From a virus (lineage: Duplodnaviria; Caudoviricetes): a stretch of 62,394 bases of DNA. Shown piece after piece: positions 39,967 to 47,947 of the stretch. The stretch lies in IMG/VR virus record IMGVR_UViG_3300037483_001825, positions 1 to 62,394 of that record; one strand, written 5' to 3'. Within the stretch, counting starts at the first letter, position 1. Every line of letters starts with the position of its first letter. Both the position numbers and the translations under genes were made by a program. Below the pieces are notes generated by a model, which was not told the origin of the DNA, made no database searches, and was given only the letters and a program-made list of their open reading frames with translations.

Positions 39967-41910
39967 ATGCCAGACGAATCCATGGAGAGACATCAATTTA
40001 CGCCACCACCAGAATATCCTGTTGAGGAGAACCGTGATACTGTCGCCTATCTAGGTGTCCGATTACCCAAAGCTCAAAATGCAGAAGGACATTTTGTCCC
40101 CAGCCGAGAACAATATGCCGATTACATAAACGATAAGTTTTCTCTTGGGTTACAAAAGGACATTGCAGTCAGCTGGCTACAAGGTGATCCGATATTGATC
40201 GAAGGTGGAACTAGTATTGGTAAAACCACTACGGTCAGGAAAATGGCAGCAGATCTGGGTTGGGAAGTTCATTATGCCAACCTAAACGGTGCAACAGATG
40301 TTGAAGACCTGATGGGTAGATACATCCCCAATCCCGACAAAAGAAGTGCTGATGATCCAGAGTATATATTCGCAGACGGAAAAGTTACTTCAGGTTTAAG
40401 ACAGGAAGACGGCAAAGTTAAAGTAATTATTCTAGATGAATTTAATTCAGCTGCTCCAAACATTGTTATTCGACTTCATGAAGTTTTAGATGCAGTCAAT
40501 CGCGGTGAAGCCGTTGTTTTATCAGAAGACGCATCTGAATCCATTCCTGTCAGCAAAGAAGCTACTAAAGTAGTGGCTCTTATGAACCCCCCTGGTAAAG
40601 GGTATTTTGGCAGGGAGCCATTGGATCCGGCACAATTAAGGCGTTGGGTGTACCTAAAAGCTCCTTCTGAATTACCTGATGACACCTTCTCCTACTCTAC
40701 AGATGCTCTATTTACTTTAGCTTCTCTGGAAGAAGAAGTTTCCCCTGAAGACTTTCTGATTTCACAGGACTACGCCTTGCATCCAGAGCAACTACAGGAA
40801 ATACAGGGAATTGATTCAATTTTAGGAAAATACAAAGAGTTTCATAAAGCAGCAAAAGAGTTGGTTAAAGGCAGGCGAATAGCGGCAGACCAGCCTCAGC
40901 CGTTTACTTATGATGATAGAATGGAGCCTAGGCGCGTTCGTGACTTCATCCTGAGATTTTACAACGGTGATATAAATGAAACGTTTCAGGCCGCCCTACG
41001 CTATTACTATTCAAATAAGTTGGATTCAGAAGTAGATAAACAAAAACTTGAAGAATTAATTCAACATGTAGAATACATTGCTCCCCAGAATGTCTCCCCA
41101 AGGCGTGGCTTTGACCGCAACTCAGCCTCAGTTCCCGAAAGGCAAAGAGAGACAATCGAAGTATCTCAAGAACAGAATGCCTGGAGCGATGTTCTAGGGA
41201 CTAATGTGGAAGTTCCTCCTCTGCCAGCGAAAATAACACCAGAGGTCCAAAGAAACCTTGAACGCCTTGGATTTGAATTAAGGTATATTCCCAGACTTGA
41301 TATGGGTACACTAGATGAGCTTCAACGTAATGGCCAGGAGAAATTTCTTGACGAGATCCAAAGTCGTTACCCTAACTGGCGTCGATATGAAACCTTATCC
41401 AGTGAACAAAGAGAAGATCACAGAGTCGGAAGAAATCTGGAAGAGTGGTTTTGGGGATTGGCAAAGGACGGAAGAATGGACTTCCCTCGGCTACCAGGCA
41501 CTTGGGTGGCCGTAGAAACTATGCAGAAGCCTCCCTATGGGGAACATTACGACAAAACTCCAGTAAGCGAGGGTTTGGGACTTGAAGATCGTTTTAGTGT
41601 TTCTTGGGACGATGCTCACAGGGCAATTGAGAATAACAAAAGTGAGCTTTTGAGGGAAATTGGCTTACCGTCTTCAGCTGAAGTGAGAATGTTAGAAGCC
41701 GTTGAATGGAACTTACTTGCCAATCGTGAAGGTTGGGGTTCTACCAACACCTATGAATGGACGAATACTGAAGTTCGTGATGACGGCGGTTCTACCCGTG
41801 TCATTGTTGGCAACTCCGGCCTTGGTGGTGCCGCCAACGCCAATTGGAATCTTCCGACGCACTCGTGTGGCCGCCTTGGTTTCCGTGTCGCTGTAGTTCT
41901 TGGAACTTGA
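39967..41910 (+). CDS. DGR target: MoxR/AAA_5-type ATPase with C-terminal CLec (FGE-like) variable domain
   Basis: GGTSIGKT, IILDEFN, MNPP..GREPLDPAQLRRW; C-terminal RMLEAVEW, TYEWT, LGFRVAV; contains VR. Confidence 0.9.
   Translation: MPDESMERHQFTPPPEYPVEENRDTVAYLGVRLPKAQNAEGHFVPSREQYADYINDKFSLGLQKDIAVSWLQGDPILIEGGTSIGKTTTVRKMAADLGWEVHYANLNGATDVEDLMGRYIPNPDKRSADDPEYIFADGKVTSGLRQEDGKVKVIILDEFNSAAPNIVIRLHEVLDAVNRGEAVVLSEDASESIPVSKEATKVVALMNPPGKGYFGREPLDPAQLRRWVYLKAPSELPDDTFSYSTDALFTLASLEEEVSPEDFLISQDYALHPEQLQEIQGIDSILGKYKEFHKAAKELVKGRRIAADQPQPFTYDDRMEPRRVRDFILRFYNGDINETFQAALRYYYSNKLDSEVDKQKLEELIQHVEYIAPQNVSPRRGFDRNSASVPERQRETIEVSQEQNAWSDVLGTNVEVPPLPAKITPEVQRNLERLGFELRYIPRLDMGTLDELQRNGQEKFLDEIQSRYPNWRRYETLSSEQREDHRVGRNLEEWFWGLAKDGRMDFPRLPGTWVAVETMQKPPYGEHYDKTPVSEGLGLEDRFSVSWDDAHRAIENNKSELLREIGLPSSAEVRMLEAVEWNLLANREGWGSTNTYEWTNTEVRDDGGSTRVIVGNSGLGGAANANWNLPTHSCGRLGFRVAVVLGT
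41776..41897 (+). repeat. DGR variable repeat (VR)
   Basis: 122-bp match to 42370-42491; 12 of 13 mismatches at TR adenines. Confidence 0.95.
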
Positions 41911-41956
41911 TCTCTTGAATTCTTGGTTCTTTTGGATTCTTGTTACTTGGTCCCTT

Positions 41957-41973
41957 GACCCGCGAAGCGGGTC
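41957..41973 (+). other. DGR cis hairpin/cruciform downstream of VR
   Basis: GACCCGC-GAA-GCGGGTC, perfect 7-bp stem with GAA loop. Confidence 0.85.
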
Positions 41974-42030
41974 GATTTTAGTGATTTTTTTATGTCTTCA
42001 CAATATGTAGACTATAGATAGCATTTACCC

Positions 42031-42060
42031 TTGATTTTAGGCACTACTCTTCTTTATACT
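42031..42060 (+). promoter_or_regulatory. candidate promoter for TR RNA
   Basis: TTGATT-18nt-TATACT. Confidence 0.45.
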
Positions 42061-42369
42061 TCAACTTAGATTTTGTTAATGAAAATACGGGCACGCTCGT
42101 GTTTCGCAAAGTCGCTCTTCTTTAGAGCTAGACCAGAGTCCTTATGGTTAAGGCTGTAGGGAGCGTGTCGATAAAGGAGGGATAAAACTACTTGCTTACT
42201 TTTGAAGGTCTCAGGGAAACCAGAGCCGATTAAAATACAGGAGAGAGTTCTTAAGCAATTAGGGACAATCTTGGTAAAGAGTAAAAATTCAAAATAGTAC
42301 GTTAAAGAAACCAGTGGCAACAATGAAAGGCTTAATATCCTTTCAGGAAAGAAAGTAAGCAACGCGAAA

Positions 42370-42491
42370 CGTGATGACGGCGATTCTAACCGTGTCATCG
42401 TTGGCAACTCCGACAATGGTGGTGCCGCCAACGCCAATTGGAATCATCCGACGAACTCGAATGACAACCTTGGTTTCCGTGTCGCTGTAGT
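42370..42491 (+). ncRNA. DGR template repeat (TR)
   Basis: A-rich copy of VR: 27 adenines, 9 AAY codons in the VR frame, only one third-position A. Confidence 0.95.
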
Positions 42492-42531
42492 CTTATCTCA
42501 ACCTGCACAAATAAACTGTACCAAGCCAGAG

Positions 42532-42918
42532 TCAGGAATTATAGGTGGATGCTTTAATCCAGCCGCCAAGCATCCTACCTATTTCCTGTAGTTTGGATTC
42601 AAGAAGGAGGTAATTTTTGTTATCAATAATCTTTAAATCTTTACAACAACGTATGAGTACTTTAAGAACATCGAGTTTAATACTAGCACCCTGTAGAGTT
42701 GGCACTTTTTCAGACTTTGAAAGCTGGCTTGCAGTGACGATATCTTCAATCAGCCCCAGCATACCATTTTCAATTTTTTGCCCGATAGAGTACCGGTCTT
42801 TTTTAGGAAAATGAGCTACAAGTTGATAAAAGAATTTGTAGAGCTCGTATGTTTTATGAAAAACCGGTATGTCTAAATTAAGCCTGCCCGGTTCAAAGCT
42901 TTTATGAGAATCTGGCAT
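42532..42918 (-). CDS. avd: DGR accessory variability determinant (four-helix bundle)
   Basis: FPKKDRYSIGQKI ... EIGRMLGGWIK; lies between TR and RT. Confidence 0.88.
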   Translation of the reverse strand: MPDSHKSFEPGRLNLDIPVFHKTYELYKFFYQLVAHFPKKDRYSIGQKIENGMLGLIEDIVTASQLSKSEKVPTLQGASIKLDVLKVLIRCCKDLKIIDNKNYLLLESKLQEIGRMLGGWIKASTYNS

Positions 42919-43941
42919 AATAATTACAATCAGATTATAACACTTGAAAACTTATTTCAGGCATGGGAAGAATTCCTCAAAGGTAAAAAAAGCAAAGCTG
43001 ATGTCGAAATATTCGGGCGAAATTTAGAAGATAATATCTTTACTTTATATGAGGAACTTGAGAAAAAGGCTTATCGTCACGGAAATTATCAGGAATTTTA
43101 CGTCAGAGATCCTAAGGTCCGTCATATCCATAAAGCTTGTGTAAAGGACAGGGTGGTTCATCATCTTACAAGTAGCGTGCTGGAGGAGGTTTTTGATCCC
43201 ACTTTTTATCCTCACTCCTACTCATGCAGAAAGAATAAAGGGACACATAAAGCTGTCCAGACTTTTGTAAAAATGTCCAGAAAAGCCAGTAAAAATAACA
43301 CCTCAAAATTACTGGTTTTGAAATGCGATATCAAAAAGTTTTTTGCAAATGTTGATCACGAAATTCTGATTAAGCTGCTCAGAAGAAGAATTAGTGATAA
43401 AGACTTTATTAATCTTTTAACAGAGATAATCACCAGTTTTAAGTTACTTAATCAAAATTGCGGAATGCCCATAGGTAACTTAACGTCACAACTTTTTGCC
43501 AATATTTATATGGATCCCCTAGATCAATTTGTGAAACATAATCTTGGAGTTAAATACTACATACGATATGCCGATGATTTTGTTGTTATGTCGGACAATC
43601 GCAAGTATTTGGAAGAAATTCTTTTACAAATGAAAAGTTTTCTTGATACAGAATTAAAACTTACCTTGCATCCAAATAAAATTCACATTGTGGATTATTA
43701 CCTTGGTGTTGATTTTTTAGGATACGTGATTTTTCCAAAATACATTCTGCCTCGAACAAAAACAAAAAGAAGGATTTTTAGAAAACTAGAGGAAACATCC
43801 CAAAAAATAAAAGATGGCATCCTCCTTCCGGAGGCACTCGATCAGGCTCTTCAGTCTTATCTAGGACATTTGTCACACTGCAATAGCTACAAACTGTCTC
43901 AAGAAATAAAAAACCATGCCCTCTTTTTTCAGACTAATTAA
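42904..43941 (+). CDS. DGR reverse transcriptase
   Basis: PKVR.I, DRVVHH, SYSCR..KGTH, CDIKKFF, GMPIGNLTSQLFANIY, RYADD, DFLGY; 345 aa, no maturase/endonuclease tail. Confidence 0.95.
   Translation: MRIWHNNYNQIITLENLFQAWEEFLKGKKSKADVEIFGRNLEDNIFTLYEELEKKAYRHGNYQEFYVRDPKVRHIHKACVKDRVVHHLTSSVLEEVFDPTFYPHSYSCRKNKGTHKAVQTFVKMSRKASKNNTSKLLVLKCDIKKFFANVDHEILIKLLRRRISDKDFINLLTEIITSFKLLNQNCGMPIGNLTSQLFANIYMDPLDQFVKHNLGVKYYIRYADDFVVMSDNRKYLEEILLQMKSFLDTELKLTLHPNKIHIVDYYLGVDFLGYVIFPKYILPRTKTKRRIFRKLEETSQKIKDGILLPEALDQALQSYLGHLSHCNSYKLSQEIKNHALFFQTN
42934..42942 (-). promoter_or_regulatory. extended -10 promoter for avd inside RT 5' end
   Basis: Minus strand TGTTATAAT, 15 nt upstream of avd ATG. Confidence 0.5.
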
Positions 43942-44153
43942 AAAGTGAATAATTCTTGCATTTCGACTTTAAGAGCTTTGGCCAGCCTGTGAATATTATC
44001 AAGGGAGACATTTTGTTCTCCCCTTTCAACCGAGCCAATATATGTCCTATGAATGTCGGCCTTAAAACCCAACTCTTCCTGGGACAATTGTGCTTCCTTT
44101 CTTAGGAATCTTAGTCGTTTGCCGAATTTTTTTCTAACATTATATTTTGGCAT
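43938..44153 (-). CDS. XRE HTH, RM controller (C-protein)-like
   Basis: FGKRLRFLR...SQEELG...IHRTYIGSVERGEQNVSLDNIHRLAKAL. Confidence 0.9.
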   Translation of the reverse strand: MPKYNVRKKFGKRLRFLRKEAQLSQEELGFKADIHRTYIGSVERGEQNVSLDNIHRLAKALKVEMQELFTF

Positions 44154-44185
44154 ATTACCCTTGACTAAAAGAGTAGTTTTTTGCA

Positions 44186-44211
44186 GACAATAACTCTACA
44201 GACGATAACTA
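44186..44211 (-). promoter_or_regulatory. C-box-like tandem operator
   Basis: Minus strand TAGTTATCGTC-TGTA-GAGTTATTGTC, 15-bp period. Confidence 0.55.
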
Positions 44212-44237
44212 GCATTTGTGCTACAATTAGCCCTGAA

Positions 44238-44549
44238 ATGAAGAAAAATATGGCTATAGAATTTTATGAATTCAGCCCCATTGAAGGCATTAGTGATGAG
44301 GCTCTTCTTAAGGCTGTTAAAAAAGCCCAATACAGCTTTTTCAGAAAGCAAGAGGGCTTCATTGGATGTGAAATTCTTAAATCAGGAAAAAACTGGGTGA
44401 GCATTAGCTACTGGAAAAATGTTGAGGTGGCTAGAAGAACACTCGATCAGTTCCTAAATCATTCAAGCAGTCTACCCTTTGTACAAATGATATCTCCAAG
44501 CAGTGAACGTCGCTTATACATGCGACGGAAAATGTCCTCCAAGAAATAA
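44238..44549 (+). CDS. ABM/dimeric alpha-beta barrel-like protein
   Basis: FFRKQEGFIGCEIL...WVSISYWKN; 3' part of ORF 44181..44549. Confidence 0.55.
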   Translation: MKKNMAIEFYEFSPIEGISDEALLKAVKKAQYSFFRKQEGFIGCEILKSGKNWVSISYWKNVEVARRTLDQFLNHSSSLPFVQMISPSSERRLYMRRKMSSKK

Positions 44550-44631
44550 TCTCCTATTTAATCACCATAAACTGACACAAAGTTTATTGCGATCTATTTT
44601 CTTCTTGATTAGACTGTAACCATTAGGAAGT

Positions 44632-44704
44632 CGCCTAACGAAACAATCGGGGCTGTAGCTTCTGAATATACGCAAGATAAGCGTGTGTTTAGAAGTTGCA
44701 GCCC
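44632..44704 (+). promoter_or_regulatory. conserved leader motif copy 2 with 24-bp RNA stem
   Basis: CGCCTAACGAAACAATCGGGGCT; stem 44650-44673/44681-44704 with five G-U pairs and no mismatches. Confidence 0.7.
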
Positions 44705-44737
44705 TATTTAGTTTCCTAAAGGGATTGAAGTAAAAAA

Positions 44738-45136
44738 ATGAAAACACTTAATCAAAACATTCATACAGCCACATTGCTCCCCATAGGGTCAATTAGTGAG
44801 ACTACTGAGGGTGATTCAGTTGATACCTATCTGTCCAACAGGCCAGCCTATGATTCGGGATTGATTGATATTGCGATTGGAGATCTGGGTGACCAAACCT
44901 CAACCAAAGTAAAGATTGAGGAGTCAGACGCAGCAGACTTTTCAAGCGGAGTAAGCGTAGCGGTGGGTGGCGATGAAATTACTGTTACAGCTGATACAGG
45001 TTACAAAATGCAGATTGATCGCAAGAAAAGATATTTCAGGGCAGTTGTGACGATTGATGGCGGTTCGTCCCCCTCTGCTGAAGTCTATGTCGGAGCATTA
45101 CTATGGAACGCCCAACGACCGTTCCCATTCACTTAA
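44738..45136 (+). CDS. putative phage structural/decoration protein
   Basis: Beta-rich, KRYFRAVVT; head module position. Confidence 0.55.
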   Translation: MKTLNQNIHTATLLPIGSISETTEGDSVDTYLSNRPAYDSGLIDIAIGDLGDQTSTKVKIEESDAADFSSGVSVAVGGDEITVTADTGYKMQIDRKKRYFRAVVTIDGGSSPSAEVYVGALLWNAQRPFPFT

Positions 45137-45146
45137 AGGAAAAATT

Positions 45147-45476
45147 ATGGAAAACGACCAAACTAACCAAAACAAAAAACCCATGCCGGAGCAAAGCCCG
45201 AAAGAGCCTGCTCCTGAGACAAACACCTCAAATCAGCCAGATGAGACTCAGACCTGGGACAAAGTCGATTCTCTCTTTACGGTGGCCAGAAATACTTATT
45301 TTCAGGGGCAGTCAACTTTCTTGGAAGTACTAGACAGCTTAATTGCCACCCTGCAGGACATGAGGGAAAACGAAGTTCGGCCACTTGGTGGCCTGGGTGC
45401 ACAGAAGAAAAGTATGAACTTAGAAGACCAGGAACAATCAGAGGAAGAAGCTCCTCCGGCTAATCCGAATTTATAA
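45147..45476 (+). CDS. phage hypothetical protein
   Basis: 3' part of ORF 45054..45476, ATG 45147. Confidence 0.6.
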   Translation: MENDQTNQNKKPMPEQSPKEPAPETNTSNQPDETQTWDKVDSLFTVARNTYFQGQSTFLEVLDSLIATLQDMRENEVRPLGGLGAQKKSMNLEDQEQSEEEAPPANPNL

Positions 45477-45478
45477 AA

Positions 45479-45733
45479 ATGGTTAACAATATTGACGAAA
45501 AACTAGAACGTGGTCGAGCAGTTTGGGAAATGACTCAAACAGAAGGCTGGCACATCATCGAAAGCTTGGTCAGTAAAGAAATTGAAATTGAAACCAAAGA
45601 TCTGCTGGATTGCCCAGTAGAAGAAGACCTTGAACATAAGCAACTGATCAAGGCATACAAAAAAGTTTTGAGTATGGTTGCAGGCGTTATTAAAGAGCGC
45701 GATGAAACCGCTCAAAGCTTAAGAAAGGAATAG
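45479..45733 (+). CDS. small phage protein of portal-scaffold interval
   Basis: TEGWHII helical protein upstream of scaffold. Confidence 0.6.
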   Translation: MVNNIDEKLERGRAVWEMTQTEGWHIIESLVSKEIEIETKDLLDCPVEEDLEHKQLIKAYKKVLSMVAGVIKERDETAQSLRKE

Positions 45734-45737
45734 ACCT

Positions 45738-46568
45738 ATGAACGAAGAACAAATGAAACAAAAAGAACAAGAAGAATTAAAAGCTTTACTGGATGCTCCC
45801 GATGATGAGGAGTCATCTGCAGATGAGGCAAAAGAAAATGAAAATCCAGATGAAAAAGAACCAAAGGACAAGGACCAGCCAGATAAAAAAGATAAATCTA
45901 TGAACGACAAAAATAAATCAAAAGACAAAAAGAAAGATAGTAAAGATAAGGATCGTTGGCACGGTAAAAGCCGTGAGGAAATTATCAAAGAGTACGAATC
46001 TCTTGAGAAAAACGAAAAACCTGATGAGGATGAAGGTAACGAAGATATGGAGAATCAAGACGAGAATGAAGCACTCAATCTTCCCAGCGCAGAAGAATTG
46101 CAAAAAATGACTCCTACAGACTTTGCTAAATGGGTCATGACTCGTATCGATGAAGGGGTCAAACGAACTATCGAAGTTCAGGAAAAAGTACGCACGGCTG
46201 TCCAAAAAGAAATTGAAGAAGCCAAGAAAGACCATCCGTTGCATGAACCTGATTACAGAAAGATGGCCCAAACAATAATCGATGCTGCCAGTGCCAAAGG
46301 CACTACGGTCTCACTGAAAGAAGCATGTATGCAGGTCGATGCTTTCCTTGGCAAACATAAGAGTGACGAGTCTGAGGATAGCAATAAAGGTGAATCTGAA
46401 GAATTATCAGATCAAGAAAAGAGCCGCCTGAAAAAGGCAAAAGCTCAAGTTGAGAGTGGAGCGGGCGCTCCGACTCAACCCGATGGCTCGGATGCCGAAA
46501 CAAAACGCATCCAGAAAGCTCTCGCCGGAACCGGGTCAAAAAGCCCCTTGGGAGGGTTAGGAATCTAA
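45738..46568 (+). CDS. capsid scaffolding protein
   Basis: Highly charged/low complexity, HGKSREEIIKEYESLEK, directly upstream of capsid. Confidence 0.7.
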   Translation: MNEEQMKQKEQEELKALLDAPDDEESSADEAKENENPDEKEPKDKDQPDKKDKSMNDKNKSKDKKKDSKDKDRWHGKSREEIIKEYESLEKNEKPDEDEGNEDMENQDENEALNLPSAEELQKMTPTDFAKWVMTRIDEGVKRTIEVQEKVRTAVQKEIEEAKKDHPLHEPDYRKMAQTIIDAASAKGTTVSLKEACMQVDAFLGKHKSDESEDSNKGESEELSDQEKSRLKKAKAQVESGAGAPTQPDGSDAETKRIQKALAGTGSKSPLGGLGI

Positions 46569-46605
46569 CCACCCACGTTATTAAGAAAGGAGGTGAAAAA
46601 ATAAT

Positions 46606-47775
46606 ATGCCAGCATCAGCAACAGGAATCAGAGGTACAGGAAATGTCGGAGCGACACGCAAATATGACGTGGCGGATGTTGTATCGCTTTTGGATGTCAA
46701 TCGATATCCTCTAGTAGCGATATTGACAAATGCAGGTAAAGATCCGGCAACCGGCGAAGGAGAGGCTCTGAAAAAAAGAGAATCTTCTGATCCAGAATTC
46801 AAATGGTTTGAAGATGAATTCGGCAAACGACAACTCACAGGATCCAGCACAGTTGATCCAGATGGAGGCAACTTAACCATTACTGGTCAATCCCAGTATT
46901 TACAGGTTGGCGACATTATCTTGGTTTCAGCCCAAAAATGGGTCTTCCAAGTCACTGCAATCGTAGACGCTAACACGGTTACTGTCGGGGCTGAGTTAGG
47001 TGGGGCAACTGGATCGGCCGCTTCCGCAGTCGGAGACGTTTGGCTCATTGGTAACGCCAATGAAGAAGGTGCCGGTTTGCGAGATATCAAGTCGACAACT
47101 ATCGCCGAAGTAGCAAACTACTGTCAGATTTTCCGAACTCCAGTAGGTATCACAGAAACCGCCAGGAATACGCAGGGTTGGGTGAAAGAAAACGACTTTG
47201 ATTACCAAAGGCGCAAAAAAGGTATCGAGCATTATGTCGATATCGAGCGAACCTTTATGTTTGGTAAGAAAGGAATCGTAACATCAGGAACTCATCCGAA
47301 ACGCTTTACCAACGGTATTTTAGGGAGAATTGCCACTTACGCATCGGCCAACGTTGACACCGAGTCAGAATTTGACTCATGGCTGGAAAGTCTCTTTGCT
47401 CACGGCAATACAGAGAAATATCTGTTTGCATCTGCAGCAGTTGTTTCGATGGTTAACGGTTGGGCTAAAGGGAAGCTCCAAGTGGTTAACCCCACAAAAG
47501 CTTATGGACTGCGAATCGTGACTTATGACTCCCCGCACGGAACTCTGCATATCATCAAGCATCCGCTACTGATCGGAACGACTTACGGTAATTACGCCGT
47601 TGGTTTAGATATGGAGGCCTTGACCTACCGCTACCTGACAAATCGTGACACCAAGCTTTTGACTAATCGTCAAAATCCCGGTGAAGACAGCCAAGTTGAC
47701 GAGTACCTGACCGAATGTGGTCTGCAAATGGAACAAGAACAACGCCACGCCATTATGAGCGTAGGTTCACTCTAA
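46606..47775 (+). CDS. major capsid protein (DUF5309/SU10-like)
   Basis: KWFEDE, NEEGA, NYCQIFR, DIERTFMFG, YDSPHGTL, E.GLQM; strong SD. Confidence 0.85.
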   Translation: MPASATGIRGTGNVGATRKYDVADVVSLLDVNRYPLVAILTNAGKDPATGEGEALKKRESSDPEFKWFEDEFGKRQLTGSSTVDPDGGNLTITGQSQYLQVGDIILVSAQKWVFQVTAIVDANTVTVGAELGGATGSAASAVGDVWLIGNANEEGAGLRDIKSTTIAEVANYCQIFRTPVGITETARNTQGWVKENDFDYQRRKKGIEHYVDIERTFMFGKKGIVTSGTHPKRFTNGILGRIATYASANVDTESEFDSWLESLFAHGNTEKYLFASAAVVSMVNGWAKGKLQVVNPTKAYGLRIVTYDSPHGTLHIIKHPLLIGTTYGNYAVGLDMEALTYRYLTNRDTKLLTNRQNPGEDSQVDEYLTECGLQMEQEQRHAIMSVGSL

Positions 47776-47853
47776 AGCCTATCTAGGACTGAAAAAACTT
47801 ATGAAAGAAATTACTAAAAACCGGAAGTCACTACACACTTTCTTACTCAGTGT

Positions 47854-47889
47854 AGTCGCCTAAGAAGGGGTGAGCGTTATCACCCCTTC
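47854..47889 (+). terminator. degenerate motif copy (AGTCGCCTAAGAA) plus 10-bp hairpin after capsid gene
   Basis: GAAGGGGTGA-GCGTTA-TCACCCCTTC. Confidence 0.5.
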
Positions 47890-47947
47890 AAACTCAAGTC
47901 TGGAACTCTATTAAGTCAGACAACAAAGAAAGTGAGGTGAAAAAATT

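Larger units (their letters stand above)
39967..43941 (+). mobile_element. diversity-generating retroelement (target/VR, hairpin, TR, avd, RT)
   Basis: All core components present with adenine-specific TR/VR divergence. Confidence 0.95.

Noticed and set aside
42066-42437. 123-aa minus-strand ORF
   Set aside because: Antisense to TR and its leader, no recognisable motifs; likely spurious
42904-43941. RT as group II intron, retron or CRISPR-associated RT
   Set aside because: Short RT with GxPIGNLTSQ, adjacent avd and an A-specific TR/VR pair identify a DGR
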